DNA of 64,000 nt from the NCBI GenBank assembly GCA_019057475.1, contig DXJO01000020.1, forward strand, positions 32,001-96,000. The letters are read 5' to 3'. Position 1 is the first letter of the stretch; each line of letters opens with the position of its first letter. Positions 30,448 to 41,204 of this stretch are shown one piece after another. The DNA comes from Candidatus Thorarchaeota archaeon. Its GTDB lineage: Archaea; Asgardarchaeota; Thorarchaeia; Thorarchaeales; Thorarchaeaceae. Position numbers and translations under genes: made by a program. The notes beneath the pieces are model-generated. The model did no database searches. It was not told the origin of the DNA and saw only the letters and a list, made by a program, of their open reading frames with translations.

Positions 30448-31725
30448 TTGATTCAGGCAGTGACAGTGATAACGGTGGTCAAGGAAAATCCCTTGGACAG
30501 GCTATTGAAAGAAAGTAGAAAACGAGTTGCGGAAATTAAGGATCGCGATAAGCTTGATGAGATTGCGAATGCAATTGGCGACCGAAGAGAACGGGACCTA
30601 CTTGATCTCCTAGCCAACATCGAAGCCAGAAATGGATGGGGAACCGTAGTTCAGTTTCTAATCGAGTCGGCAAAATCTACTTACTCGGCTCCAATTGGCG
30701 CAGGGGGAAACCAAAGAAGAATCGAGCCTTTGAAGTATCGAGAAGTGATTTTCGCCACCTTCTCCTCCGCAGGCCTGGAGCCTGTGAATCATGATACAGT
30801 AGCGTTGCTCAATGAACTACGAGGTGAAGAGTCGATGGTATCCGCTACACGTACATTCGCTGCCAGAGTTCAGAATCTGGCAATTGAGCAATTCCAGAGT
30901 GGAGATGCCCTTTTCTTCGATTTGACGAGTATGAGCAGCTCTCTTCCAACAGACTTGATCAAAATGGCTGAAGCGATTCACAAGAAACGAATGCACGAGC
31001 TAATCATTCCGGTTAGCAAGAAACAAGCACACGTGAAACAGCTGTGGTACTCCGAGTATGGCCGGACAGCCTTGGCAGAACAAGGAGCTAAAGGAAACAG
31101 ATTACTACTCTCCGATCTCGACTCGGTATTATCTGTAATACAATTAAGAATTGGCCGTCGGCCTATGACCAAGGAAAATGACAGTCCCCTGGAAGTATCA
31201 GAGGCTTCACCCGCTAATATTGACTATGGAAACCTTCTCACCATGATAATCAACCAAGACATCAATGGACTTGGCCTTCTTGGAAGCAAATACTCACATC
31301 CTCTTCTCAATACTGTACTAGAATCAACGGTTGTTGATTACCAGCAAGACAAGTCCAACAATCTGTTTAGGAGGTTTATCTCTTGCATAAACAGCCATGT
31401 GCAAGTTCGATCACTAAATTCACTCGCAACGTTCGAGCGAATTATGCAACTAGATAACAGCCGCCTTGCGACACCGGTCACCATTGCTCTTGGGAATTTC
31501 TATCATGAATCCGCGGCTTCAGTTTTAATTGAGCTAGCATGTAGGACAAGGAATAAGGACGTCGAAACTGCTTCGCTCACATCCATCGCAAACATTCGCC
31601 GAAAGTGTCCTGAGGTTGAAGTCGTATTAGACACAGTCCTAGCATCAGAGTGTAGAAATCGCGGCAGACTAAGACGCTTGCAGAAGAAGCTTTTGAAGAC
31701 CGGTAGAAGCCAGTATTACAGCTAA
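30448..31725 (+). CDS. Helical hypothetical protein with C-terminal HEAT-like repeats
   Basis: IALGNF..AASVLIELA..ASLTSIANI. Confidence 0.65.
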   Translation: MIQAVTVITVVKENPLDRLLKESRKRVAEIKDRDKLDEIANAIGDRRERDLLDLLANIEARNGWGTVVQFLIESAKSTYSAPIGAGGNQRRIEPLKYREVIFATFSSAGLEPVNHDTVALLNELRGEESMVSATRTFAARVQNLAIEQFQSGDALFFDLTSMSSSLPTDLIKMAEAIHKKRMHELIIPVSKKQAHVKQLWYSEYGRTALAEQGAKGNRLLLSDLDSVLSVIQLRIGRRPMTKENDSPLEVSEASPANIDYGNLLTMIINQDINGLGLLGSKYSHPLLNTVLESTVVDYQQDKSNNLFRRFISCINSHVQVRSLNSLATFERIMQLDNSRLATPVTIALGNFYHESAASVLIELACRTRNKDVETASLTSIANIRRKCPEVEVVLDTVLASECRNRGRLRRLQKKLLKTGRSQYYS

Positions 31726-31787
31726 TATAAGTATTACGCCCTGCGAGCACGACAGACATAAATCAACTGGCCTTCTCGCGTGAGAAC

Positions 31788-33182
31788 ATGAGCAAATCAA
31801 AAGGGAACGCAATGGAGGAAATTGGCAAGTTCTTCACACCTCATTCCGTTGCCTTAGTTGGAGCTTCATCTGACTACAGGAAGTTAGGTAACTCAATACT
31901 GATGAATCTCCTGGCTTCAGAAATACAGGTATATCCCGTTACCCGAAGTAGAAACCGTGTCCTCGGTGTCAAGGCGTATCCGGATTTGAGAAGCCTACCC
32001 GAGCCCGTTGATCTAGTCATCATTGCGGTAGCTGCCAAATACTGTGCGGAACTTATGTCAGAAGTACAAGGTGCCGGGGCTAGACATGCAGTGGTGATTT
32101 CCGGTGGATTCAGTGAAACTGGTCCTGAAGGAGAGAAGCTCGAAGACGCGCTAGCCGCAGCTGCGAAAAAAGCGGATGTTAGAATCATCGGTCCGAACTG
32201 CGTTGGAGTATCCAACAGTCGAATCTTCAATGGCACATTTACTATGATGCCAGAGCGCGGCAACATAGCATTCCTATCTCAGAGTGGTGCGCTTGGAGGC
32301 ATGACGATCTATATGACGCGAGCGAAACGCATAGGCATAAGCAAGTTCGCTAGCGTTGGAAATGCGTCAGATGTGAGTTTCGATGAAATAATCGACTACT
32401 TCAGAATAGACACAAAGTCTGCAGTCATTGCGGTATACGTAGAAGGAGTCGATAATGGCAGATTATTCTTCAATGCTCTATGTAACGCTGCCAACGAAAA
32501 GCCAGTTGTTGTTCTGAAAGGTGGTCGGAGTGATGTAGGTGGAAAGGCCACACGGTCACACACCGGATCTATGGCTGGATCTCCGAAGCTGTTTGAAGGA
32601 ATGATTCGCCAAGCTGGCTGTGTCACAGCCCCAACATTCGATTCATTGCTTGAGATATGCAAGCTATTTGATTATCAACCTCTTCCTGCGGGAAATCGTA
32701 TTGGTATTATCAGTAATACAGGTGGAGCGGGAGTTCTGGCCACGGATGCAGTATCTGAATTCAATCTAGAAGTTCCTAATCTGGAAAGAAAAACACGTCA
32801 TGAACTCAAACAGATTCTATCTCCCATGGCGTCGATAGACAATCCAGTGGACGTAGTGGCTGGTGCTGGCCGAAAAGAGTACAGTATTACAACAGAGCTT
32901 TTGCTAAGAGATCCAAACATAGACATGCTGTTGGTAATCTGTGGTGTACCGACATTTGCAGGAATGACACAGACTGAACATGCAGCAGGCACTCTCGAAG
33001 GACTACGAACTGCCGAGAGCGGAAAGCCTGTTGTCGGAGTCTGGTTGGCGGGTGACGTTGGCAAGCCTGGTAAGGACTTGCTAGAAATGAACAGAATACC
33101 ATGTTATGACGACCCTGCGCTAGCAGCTCTCTGCATGTCACGAATGGCACAATACGCTGAGATGCATAGCTCTTCCAAGTAG
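31788..33182 (+). CDS. acdA: ADP-forming acyl-CoA synthetase alpha subunit
   Basis: VALVGAS, IGPNCVG, SQSGA, SHTGSMAG, NPVDV. Confidence 0.9.
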   Translation: MSKSKGNAMEEIGKFFTPHSVALVGASSDYRKLGNSILMNLLASEIQVYPVTRSRNRVLGVKAYPDLRSLPEPVDLVIIAVAAKYCAELMSEVQGAGARHAVVISGGFSETGPEGEKLEDALAAAAKKADVRIIGPNCVGVSNSRIFNGTFTMMPERGNIAFLSQSGALGGMTIYMTRAKRIGISKFASVGNASDVSFDEIIDYFRIDTKSAVIAVYVEGVDNGRLFFNALCNAANEKPVVVLKGGRSDVGGKATRSHTGSMAGSPKLFEGMIRQAGCVTAPTFDSLLEICKLFDYQPLPAGNRIGIISNTGGAGVLATDAVSEFNLEVPNLERKTRHELKQILSPMASIDNPVDVVAGAGRKEYSITTELLLRDPNIDMLLVICGVPTFAGMTQTEHAAGTLEGLRTAESGKPVVGVWLAGDVGKPGKDLLEMNRIPCYDDPALAALCMSRMAQYAEMHSSSK

Positions 33183-33230
33183 GTCGTTCTACTGAAATAT
33201 CATGTATTACATGTATTAGAGCCGATACCA

Positions 33231-33539
33231 TTATGATTTCAGATGTCTTTCTGCAATGGTCGGAAACTCATTTGTCACCGCTTCGCGCAGCCTACGCTCA
33301 ACCCACATACTCAGGTTGATCGACTTTTCACTTCTCACAGCCTGCAAACAACTTCTCAAGTCTATTGGAATGGAGAACGAAACAATGGGGCTCTTACGCT
33401 CACGGTTTGGCACAGCCTCAACATGCCCAGCTTCATCTACTCTCTTTACAGAGGTGTGTGTGGGTTGACTTATCGCTGCTGCAGATTCACCCTTCTTTCG
33501 TCTATCTTCTTCATCTCGTCTATACTTACCTAAAACCAT
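33231..33539 (-). CDS. Ribbon-helix-helix DNA-binding protein with disordered N-terminus
   Basis: IVSFSIPIDLR..INLSMWVERRLREA; GGAGGTG RBS; start codon directly follows the ATPase stop. Confidence 0.7.
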   Translation of the reverse strand: MVLGKYRRDEEDRRKKGESAAAISQPTHTSVKRVDEAGHVEAVPNRERKSPIVSFSIPIDLRSCLQAVRSEKSINLSMWVERRLREAVTNEFPTIAERHLKS

Positions 33540-33541
33540 TA

Positions 33542-34516
33542 TTACACCTCCTTCAAGATACTGGCATAAGCTTCTGTCACCAGCTCGGCAATCTTTAGGG
33601 TAACAGCTGGATTTCCTGATTGTCTGAGCTTTTCTGCTGCCACCTGTTGGCACCCGCGGGCAAGCATCCGTATATCGCGTGGATTCCCTCTGGCTGCACG
33701 GTTGATAGTTTCTATTGTTCTCTCATCAAATGGATATAGGTCGAAATTAGTGGGATCAAATGTATCGATTTTCCCTTTCGCATACGCCAATCTACGGCCA
33801 ACGAATTCCTTCGCCTTTTGATCATCAAGTGGCGGTACATCAAGTGGTTCAGTTCTGTGTGCAATCTGCGGCAAGAAGTTGAGCATGGCATTCCAATACT
33901 CCGTTGTTCCGCTCATGATAAGCGTGATAATGGGCTCATCAAGTGCACTTCCGCCACGTGAATCAACCATCTCCTCAGTAGGCAAATCTGCCAAGTATCG
34001 CAGTTTGTGGAAAGCTGCCTCTTGGTTGTCAGCAACATCTTCTATGAATAAGGCTGTGCGACACTTGTCCTGGACGTACCTTCTTAGGCTCTCTTTGGCA
34101 ACGGCCTCGACAATCTGACTTGACTCCCATGACCGACGATACTTAATCCTAAGAGAATCAGCTATTGCTGCTGACATTTGTTTTTCATAGAGACCGGTCA
34201 TTCCGACATAGCCCGTGACAAACTTGTTTCCGCGTCTGTCCGCCAAGGTGGGCAAGTCTCGAAGAGCCAAGAGCATCAAAGTACTCTTGCCAGATCCCAC
34301 TGGACCCCTCAGGAACACATGACGCTCATTCGTAAGAATCAAATCAACGATACTGTCAAGGAACGTTGGGTGTTCAATGTATAACCTTGAATCCGGCATC
34401 TTGTAGCCCCGGAATGGTGAGGACCTGCAGCTAACAGCCTCTTCCCACGCACGCAGAACTTCCTTTCTAGTGTTGAAGTGCCTAATCAAAGCGCTTTCAT
34501 GGATGGCAATTGTCAT
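33542..34516 (-). CDS. ExeA/GspA-like AAA+ ATPase (AAA_22)
   Basis: GPVGSGKST, LFIED Walker B variant, IMSG sensor 1, GNPRDI sensor 2. Confidence 0.8.
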   Translation of the reverse strand: MTIAIHESALIRHFNTRKEVLRAWEEAVSCRSSPFRGYKMPDSRLYIEHPTFLDSIVDLILTNERHVFLRGPVGSGKSTLMLLALRDLPTLADRRGNKFVTGYVGMTGLYEKQMSAAIADSLRIKYRRSWESSQIVEAVAKESLRRYVQDKCRTALFIEDVADNQEAAFHKLRYLADLPTEEMVDSRGGSALDEPIITLIMSGTTEYWNAMLNFLPQIAHRTEPLDVPPLDDQKAKEFVGRRLAYAKGKIDTFDPTNFDLYPFDERTIETINRAARGNPRDIRMLARGCQQVAAEKLRQSGNPAVTLKIAELVTEAYASILKEV

Positions 34517-34713
34517 CTTGTTTGCCCTCTTGTATCACAAGTACTTCGTGTAATACAGTTTCTGCCATTTATTATTCTGATATAAATAGTATGGTCGATT
34601 ACCGGGGCTATACCAAACCCATCACAATGAACGATAACCTTTTTCAAGCAGACCAAATTGAGAAGCGCAGCCGGAAAGTTGACCCGAACTGGTGTAACAG
34701 GGAGTCAAGTGAA

Positions 34714-34992
34714 ATGGACATCAATCGAACTCAACACATACTAAACTCATTGATGATTCTCGCTTTCTTGATATTCGGAGGTCTTTCAGGTTTGCTGCTC
34801 ATCACAGATACACCTCTCACGAGTTCAACAGTTGCACTCCCATTCGCTTTCCTCTTCCTGTGCATCATGACTCTCATAGTCACTGGACAGATTGACGAGA
34901 AGCCTCAGATGATTGAGAAGTATCTACGCGAATGGCTTGTAATTTGTATCTTCGGTGTTATAGTGGCCGCCTTAGCCTTTACACTTGCCTGA
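34714..34992 (+). CDS. Small 3-TM membrane protein
   Basis: Three hydrophobic helices. Confidence 0.6.
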   Translation: MDINRTQHILNSLMILAFLIFGGLSGLLLITDTPLTSSTVALPFAFLFLCIMTLIVTGQIDEKPQMIEKYLREWLVICIFGVIVAALAFTLA

Positions 34993-35084
34993 TGTTCAAC
35001 ACAAGAGTTTTAGGAACCCTAAAATTGAGCTATTCATTAGAGTAATAGGCACGAAATCCAATCTCTTCTGCAGAAGTGAATCCA

Positions 35085-35717
35085 ATGAGCAAAATCCTAC
35101 CGGGCACGAAGACAACACGTATGGAACTGCTTCGTCTCAAGAACAGGAAACGGCTAGCTCAGCGTGGCTATGATCTTCTCAAAGAGAAGTTAGATTCGTT
35201 AATCATGGAGTTCTTCAACTCGATTGCAGCAATCAAGCAGGCTCGTGAAGCCATGGAAGAATCATTATCTGAGGCATTCTCAGCACTTACTCAAGCTAAG
35301 ATGATTATGGGGCCATCAAGAGTTGTGGAGTTCGCTCATGCAAGTCAGGTACGCGCCGACCTCCGAATCACAACTCGTTCAATGATGGGGGTTCGTGTTC
35401 CTGTTCTAGCAGTTCAACAGCGATACCCAGATCTTCCCTATTCATTGGTTGACTCAAGCGCAAGATTAGATGCGATGAGCACGAAATTTAGAGATGCACT
35501 GAGGGCCATTGTTAGACTTGCTGAGATAGAAACAACTGTGAAGCGACTTGCTCTTGAGATTGAACGAACAAAGAGAAGGGTTTCCGCTCTCGAAACTATT
35601 GTCATCCCGAGATTAGAAGCCACAACTAGACACGTGAAATTGGCTCTAGAAGAAAGAGAACGAGAAGACTTCTTCAGAACCAAGATCATACGAGACCGGA
35701 TTGCTGCAGAAGAATAG
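35085..35717 (+). CDS. atpD: A/V-type ATP synthase subunit D
   Basis: TRMEL, GYDLLKEK, MGVRVP, TKRRVSALE, EREREDFFR. Confidence 0.93.
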   Translation: MSKILPGTKTTRMELLRLKNRKRLAQRGYDLLKEKLDSLIMEFFNSIAAIKQAREAMEESLSEAFSALTQAKMIMGPSRVVEFAHASQVRADLRITTRSMMGVRVPVLAVQQRYPDLPYSLVDSSARLDAMSTKFRDALRAIVRLAEIETTVKRLALEIERTKRRVSALETIVIPRLEATTRHVKLALEEREREDFFRTKIIRDRIAAEE

Positions 35718-36098
35718 CTAGCCGTGACGAAGCTTCAGTATCGCAGAAGCTAAGTCCCCCTTACTTTCCTTCAGAGCTTCTATGGCATCTTCAATGCTAG
35801 CTCCAGTCTGACTTGCCACCAAGGCTGCATCTTCCATAGGAATTTCAATCTCCTTCTCTTTTCGTACTTCATCGGTTTCAACGCTGGCAGTAAGTCCGCG
35901 CTCTGTTTTTGTACCCGATACCTGGAACGATTCACTACCTGCTTGCTTAATCATCACTACTTGGGGATTTGATATGACCCATTCCTTATCTTCGAACCTA
36001 AACAGGACTTCTTTCACGCCGGCAATATCTTTCTGCTCGATTCCTGCCTTCTTCATCATCCGCGCCATTTGTTTCGGTGACATACCTCTGAATCCCAT
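35718..36098 (-). CDS. nac: Nascent polypeptide-associated complex protein
   Basis: PKQMARMMKK..NPQV..FQVSG, C-terminal UBA GDLASAIL. Confidence 0.9.
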   Translation of the reverse strand: MGFRGMSPKQMARMMKKAGIEQKDIAGVKEVLFRFEDKEWVISNPQVVMIKQAGSESFQVSGTKTERGLTASVETDEVRKEKEIEIPMEDAALVASQTGASIEDAIEALKESKGDLASAILKLRHG

Positions 36099-36197
36099 TG
36101 AATCACACCTCAGTCAATCGTCTTCCTAATCATGGACTTTGTATCCAATTTCATCATACGTGGTCTTTCGAACCTGATAAAATGCTTGTGCTTAGTT

Positions 36198-37034
36198 TCA
36201 ACACGCACGAATGGGTGTGGCTTGGATGTCAAACACGTAGTGCTCAATACCGGGAGAGTAGTGCTTCACCTCTCGCACAGAAAACTCAGTGTTAAAATCC
36301 TGTTTCATTGCGAGGATATTAATTGTATTACCAACGCTCGGGATATCCTTCTTTGGTAATGCAGCATGAAGATGCACATATCCGCCATCCTCACGCAATG
36401 CTTTCAGAGCGTAAGGCAGATACTCGATGGTGTTGTGGAGATATCCTAAGATTACTCGATTCACCTCATTAACCGGGTGCATCTCCCTACAATCACCAAG
36501 CAGAGCTTGCATTCTGTCTTCCACTCCATTCAACTTGATATTCTCAACAAGAAAGCGGTGCGCCTCCGGGTTGATTTCAATGGCCACCACCCTAGATCTA
36601 GTCTTCTTAGCGATATGCAGAGAGAATTGTCCTACGCATGCAAACATATCAAGAACCATCTCATCTCCCTTAATCATGTTAGGCAAGCGCATTCTCTCAG
36701 CGACATTTCCCCTCGAAAAGGTTAGCCGCAGCGGGTCAAGTCGGAATAGCACACCCCCCTCAACGTGCTCAGTAACAGTATTGGAGTCACCTGCTATCAG
36801 CCTATACCCTGGCTTACGCATGGTTCCTATCGTTGGATCTGTTTTGACCGCCACTGAGCGGATTCTATGATCAAATTCCATTGTAGCTTCTCCGATAAGC
36901 TGTGCGAATTCATTCAGCTTTTCATGAATCTCTAGTAGGGCAACATGTCCTACGATTTGAAAACCCGAAGGGACAGGAACACAATCTGGAAGCCAATTCC
37001 CAATCTTCTCTCTGAGGAACTTTCGATAACGCAT
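36198..37034 (-). CDS. Trm5/Taw2-family SAM-dependent tRNA modification enzyme
   Basis: FSRGNVAER, DMFACVGQF, EINP, VKHYSPG. Confidence 0.85.
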   Translation of the reverse strand: MRYRKFLREKIGNWLPDCVPVPSGFQIVGHVALLEIHEKLNEFAQLIGEATMEFDHRIRSVAVKTDPTIGTMRKPGYRLIAGDSNTVTEHVEGGVLFRLDPLRLTFSRGNVAERMRLPNMIKGDEMVLDMFACVGQFSLHIAKKTRSRVVAIEINPEAHRFLVENIKLNGVEDRMQALLGDCREMHPVNEVNRVILGYLHNTIEYLPYALKALREDGGYVHLHAALPKKDIPSVGNTINILAMKQDFNTEFSVREVKHYSPGIEHYVFDIQATPIRAC

Positions 37035-37062
37035 GGCATGTAGACTCTGAGGTCATTGTCAC

Positions 37063-38262
37063 TTAGCAGTAGATATTACTTGGGAATTTTTCTTGCTGTC
37101 GCTCCTGAATCTTCTTTATTGCCTTGAGAAAGTCGTCCTGAGTGACACATCCTCTATCCTCACTGATTGCAAACATGCCAGCTTCTGTGCAGACTGCCTT
37201 GATATCTGCTCCCGACATTTTGTCACTCAAGGATATCAATGGCTTATAGCTAAATTCTGATTCGATATTCATTCCACGAGTGTGAATGGCAAATATCCTC
37301 TCTCTGCCCTTGTCATCAGGCAGCGGGAAATCAATAATCCGGTCAAAGCGTCCAGGCCTAAGCAAGGCTGGGTCTAGTATGTCGGGTCTATTTGTGGCTC
37401 CAATCACGGCAACTTGTCCACGAGAAGCAAATCCATCTAGCTCGCTAAGCAGTTGCATGAGAGTGCGCTGCACTTCACGGTCTCCCGAAGTCGCTACATC
37501 AAGTCGGTGAGAGCCCACTGCATCCAATTCATCTATGAAGATTATCGCAGGAGCTTTATCTTTCGCGAGCAAGAATACTTCTCGTACTAATCTAGCACCT
37601 TCCCCTATGAACTTCTGGACTAATTCTGAACCAATCACACGGATGAAGGTAGCTGTGGTTTCATGTGCAACTGCCCTAGCAGCTAGAGTCTTTCCTGTAC
37701 CAGGGGGTCCAGTGAGCAATACGCCACGAGGTGGGTCAATACCAACCCTCTCAAACAACTCCGGTTTCAGAAGAGGCAGTTCAACAGTCCCTTTAAGATC
37801 ATCAAGCTGCTTATCCAAGCCTCCAATATCTGAATACGAAACGTCTGGAGCCACCTCAATTTCCATGGCTCGAATCATTGGGTCTCGCGGGGGCGGAAGC
37901 TCCTGAGTTACAGCAAATGATCGCTGATTCAGAGCAACTCGCATGCCTGGTGAAAGCCGGTTTCTCGAGATTGAAGTTGCTACATGTACAACGAAGTTAG
38001 GTCCGGTAGAGCTTTTTACAACTGCCCTTCCATCGTCAAGCATCTCAACTACGGTCGCAGTAATGAGTGGAGACTGTCGGAGTTTCTCAAGTTCTGTTCT
38101 CAGGGTTTGAGTTTCCTTCTCTAATCGACTGCGCTCGGCATGCAGTATCTGTTTCTCTGTTTCGAGAGCACGCAGTCGGCGTTCTAGATGCCGAGTATAG
38201 GTTTCGGTGTAGGTTGAATCATCAATGCTGCCCTCTTTCTTTGCATCTGTAGTCCCTGGCAA
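37063..38262 (-). CDS. pan: Proteasome-activating nucleotidase
   Basis: Coiled coil, [25 protein letters not shown], HbYX tail IYC. Confidence 0.96.
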   Translation of the reverse strand: MPGTTDAKKEGSIDDSTYTETYTRHLERRLRALETEKQILHAERSRLEKETQTLRTELEKLRQSPLITATVVEMLDDGRAVVKSSTGPNFVVHVATSISRNRLSPGMRVALNQRSFAVTQELPPPRDPMIRAMEIEVAPDVSYSDIGGLDKQLDDLKGTVELPLLKPELFERVGIDPPRGVLLTGPPGTGKTLAARAVAHETTATFIRVIGSELVQKFIGEGARLVREVFLLAKDKAPAIIFIDELDAVGSHRLDVATSGDREVQRTLMQLLSELDGFASRGQVAVIGATNRPDILDPALLRPGRFDRIIDFPLPDDKGRERIFAIHTRGMNIESEFSYKPLISLSDKMSGADIKAVCTEAGMFAISEDRGCVTQDDFLKAIKKIQERQQEKFPSNIYC

Positions 38263-38424
38263 TGAAGGTCACCTTACGTCTTCTTCGATTGCTTAGAATT
38301 TAAGGATTGCTTTGAAGAAGTACCATTGGCAGTAGCTTCTGATCCCAACTGAGAGTTTATTGTATCAGGTCGGCAATGCTTATCTGTTGAGATACAATGG
38401 AGTTACTCGAAGAGGGATACTCCC

Positions 38425-39000
38425 ATGCCAAGCTGTGAGCTGTGTGGTCGAAATATGAAAGGTGCTGGTCGTGATGTCACCATAGAGGGTGCTGACATGC
38501 TTGTATGTCCACAGTGTGCCGCCAAGTTTGGAGGGCACACAATAGATTCCACATCAAGGAGAATCCAATTAGCTCCGAGAAATCCGTCATGGATGGGCAG
38601 CCCGATTGAGCCTTCAAGGGCCTCTCCTACTTCAGCAACTCCACGAGCTCGCGCCAAGCGAAGACCAAAGCCCAGGGGTGCTTTGCTCGAAGATATGATT
38701 CTGATTGAGGACTACGCACATGCTATTCGGGGTGCTAGGCAGAAGAGGAATCTGAGCCAAGATGAGCTTGCCCAGAAAGTTGGTGAGAGAGTTTCTACTC
38801 TCCAAGGTATTGAAACTGGCAGGCTGAAGCCCACCAAAAAGACGATTCGGGGGCTAGAGAGAGAGCTTGAAATCTCTCTGCTGGAATCTGTTGGACCTGT
38901 ACCGATAAAGAGTAACCGAGTGACGTCAGGAGGAAGCCCCACACTCGGAGATGTTGTACGTATCAAACGAAAGAAGTCCCAGAAAGACGAAGCCAAGTAA
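38425..39000 (+). CDS. mbf1: Archaeal MBF1 (Zn ribbon + HTH)
   Basis: CELCG..VCPQC, SQDELA..IETGRLKP, TLGD. Confidence 0.9.
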   Translation: MPSCELCGRNMKGAGRDVTIEGADMLVCPQCAAKFGGHTIDSTSRRIQLAPRNPSWMGSPIEPSRASPTSATPRARAKRRPKPRGALLEDMILIEDYAHAIRGARQKRNLSQDELAQKVGERVSTLQGIETGRLKPTKKTIRGLERELEISLLESVGPVPIKSNRVTSGGSPTLGDVVRIKRKKSQKDEAK

Positions 39001-39111
39001 TAGGTCTTATATAGTATCTAAACCACTAATACTACAGGGCCAAATCTCTCAACTACGACGTTTTCAATGATAGTACGAAACCAGTCGACAAATCAGATTT
39101 AATATGTCAAG

Positions 39112-39645
39112 GTGATTACTTCCATGGTGCACAGCTCCTTCAATCATGACCTTTTTCGTCTTGTAGTGGAAGAGATAGCAGGAAAAGAGGGCGTCGATGT
39201 ATCAACAGTTCTTGTGAACTCTGAAGAAACAACTGATGAGGAAATCGCTACAAAGACTGATCTAAAGCTGAATGTAGTTCGCAGAATACTATACAAACTT
39301 CACGACAATCATCTTGCATCCTACAGACGAATCCGTGACACTAACACCGGTTGGTTTCTGTATTACTGGCATATCGACCCGAAAAAAGCTCAATCTCTCG
39401 TGAATAAGAAAAAATTCATGGTCTTGAGCCTTCTAGAACAAAGACTAGATCACGAGAGTAACAACGATTTGTACACCTGCGTAAACAGGGACTCCTCGCC
39501 GGTCCCCTTTGAGGAAGCAATGAATCTCTCGTTCCGGTGTCCTGTGTGCAATAGTCAACTGGAGTATGTAAACAACGAAAAGGCAATCAATTTTCTCCGC
39601 AAGCGAGTGGAGGAGCTCAGAGCTGACCTGAAAGCATCCACATAG
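39112..39645 (+). CDS. tfe: Transcription factor E alpha
   Basis: TDEEIA, VRRILYKL, GWFLYYW, FEEAM..FRCPVC. Confidence 0.93.
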   Translation: MITSMVHSSFNHDLFRLVVEEIAGKEGVDVSTVLVNSEETTDEEIATKTDLKLNVVRRILYKLHDNHLASYRRIRDTNTGWFLYYWHIDPKKAQSLVNKKKFMVLSLLEQRLDHESNNDLYTCVNRDSSPVPFEEAMNLSFRCPVCNSQLEYVNNEKAINFLRKRVEELRADLKAST

Positions 39646-39694
39646 TTTCTCCATGTCATAAGAAACTGGGTCCCGTGCAAAAGGTACTTAGCAA

Positions 39695-40501
39695 TTGCAT
39701 AGATGCTGTCATTGTCAGGATAGGCTATCTTTGAAGATAACACTCATTGCTCGAGCATACGGTCCATACCGAGGAAGGGTACTAGGTCTGATGAAATCTG
39801 AAATTACTAACATGATTTCAGAACTCGACGCAAAGGTGCAGAAGGCAGCTACTGACAAGAGAGGTCACATCATACTCACTATCACAGGAGAAGACGAGGA
39901 ATTCATTGTTAATGTTCTGGATCGCGAGTACGGTATAGTACCAAGACCAGAGAAGCTTACGATTGGACAAGTTGAAAATGGTTACATTGTGGACCTCGGC
40001 AAAGTGGGGTATGGGCTATACGTGAATGTTGGTGTTTCGAAACCGAGTCGTATGGACGCTTTGCTACCGCTACACAAGATTCGAAATCAGTTTGAGATGC
40101 CGAAGACTCCACTGAGAAAAATCGCCAAAGCCCTTATCCTAGTTGACAATCTCCCTGTTGAAATAGTGTTGACTGGCATTGACATTCCTAATTCCAAGAT
40201 TGAAGCGGAGTTCAGCAAGCAGACTCTTGACAGAATCAAGAGGTGGAGCAAGGACGATCATGAGCGCCTTCTTGTTTTCGGTGTTACAAGAGAGCTACTT
40301 GACAGAGTTCTCTCAAAATCGGGCCACGAAGGGGACATCTACAGAGTTGAGAGAATTGGTCCTTTCGAGTATTCTCTAAGATGCAAACGAAGCACACGTG
40401 CTTCAGGGATAGTCACAGCCATCGGGCCCAAACTAAGGGGCGTTCCAATGCATCTGGTCATTCCGCGCGAAATGGAGGCGATTCGCGATGCCAAGGCTTG
40501 A
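39695..40501 (+). CDS. DUF2110-like conserved archaeal protein
   Basis: GKVGYGLYV motif; usual position after tfe. Confidence 0.7.
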   Translation: MHRCCHCQDRLSLKITLIARAYGPYRGRVLGLMKSEITNMISELDAKVQKAATDKRGHIILTITGEDEEFIVNVLDREYGIVPRPEKLTIGQVENGYIVDLGKVGYGLYVNVGVSKPSRMDALLPLHKIRNQFEMPKTPLRKIAKALILVDNLPVEIVLTGIDIPNSKIEAEFSKQTLDRIKRWSKDDHERLLVFGVTRELLDRVLSKSGHEGDIYRVERIGPFEYSLRCKRSTRASGIVTAIGPKLRGVPMHLVIPREMEAIRDAKA

Positions 40502-41165
40502 TGTCTGGCTCACAGAACAAGGATTGTTCTCATCTCGCCAAGTGGCAAAACGTGCAATACGAGCTGGCGGTGTTACGATCAATGGAAAACTAGCCAAGCC
40601 ATCAACTTGGATATCAGGCAAAGAAGAGGTTTTAATCAATGACCGTGCATCCAATACTCCACAGGGCTATTCCAAACTTATGGCGATAGAATCTGCACTC
40701 GACATTCAGTTTGCTGTCCCTGGTATCTTGGCTCTCGATATCGGCAGTTCAGCTGGTGGATTTCTGACCTATCTGGCAGAGAAGGGCGCCAAAGTTATCG
40801 GTCTCGAATATTCAGAAGATTTTATTATCCAATTGAGCAAAATCTCGGAAACATTTCCAGATGTTTCGGTTCTCATGTGTGATGCATTTGAAGTCGACCC
40901 TATGATTGTCTGCGGCCTAAACGAACTCGATCTTCTACTCGTTGACGTCACAACAAATCCCGATAATACAATCACCTTGACAAAGCGATTTACGCCCTTG
41001 TTGAAGAGGGGCGGCATGATTGTCGTAGCGATGAAAATCAAGCCAACAAGTGAGGAATTGCATGGTCTGCAGGATAAACTGGCTGAGCTCGGTTATAGGG
41101 ACATTCAGAAGGTCGTCCTAGATCAATCTCGGCAAGAAGTACATCTAATCGCTACTCACCAGTAA
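40488..41165 (+). CDS. TlyA-like RNA methyltransferase (S4 + FtsJ)
   Basis: RLDVWL..SR..A S4 domain, LDIGSSAGGF. Confidence 0.85.
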   Translation: MPRLDVWLTEQGLFSSRQVAKRAIRAGGVTINGKLAKPSTWISGKEEVLINDRASNTPQGYSKLMAIESALDIQFAVPGILALDIGSSAGGFLTYLAEKGAKVIGLEYSEDFIIQLSKISETFPDVSVLMCDAFEVDPMIVCGLNELDLLLVDVTTNPDNTITLTKRFTPLLKRGGMIVVAMKIKPTSEELHGLQDKLAELGYRDIQKVVLDQSRQEVHLIATHQ

Positions 41166-41204
41166 GCAACGCTTTTATTCAGCTACCGCTTGGCACGCTT
41201 CGCA

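Larger units (their letters stand above)
22807..34556. repeat. Dispersed TGTAATAC/GTATTACA motif (12 copies)
   Basis: 22807, 23176, 23447, 26905, 28004, 29257, 30370, 31134, 31713, 32884, 33204, 34549. Confidence 0.75.

Noticed and set aside
33542-34516. Orc1/Cdc6 initiator or TnsC/TniB
   Set aside because: No C-terminal winged helix and no transposase nearby; motifs fit ExeA-like AAA better
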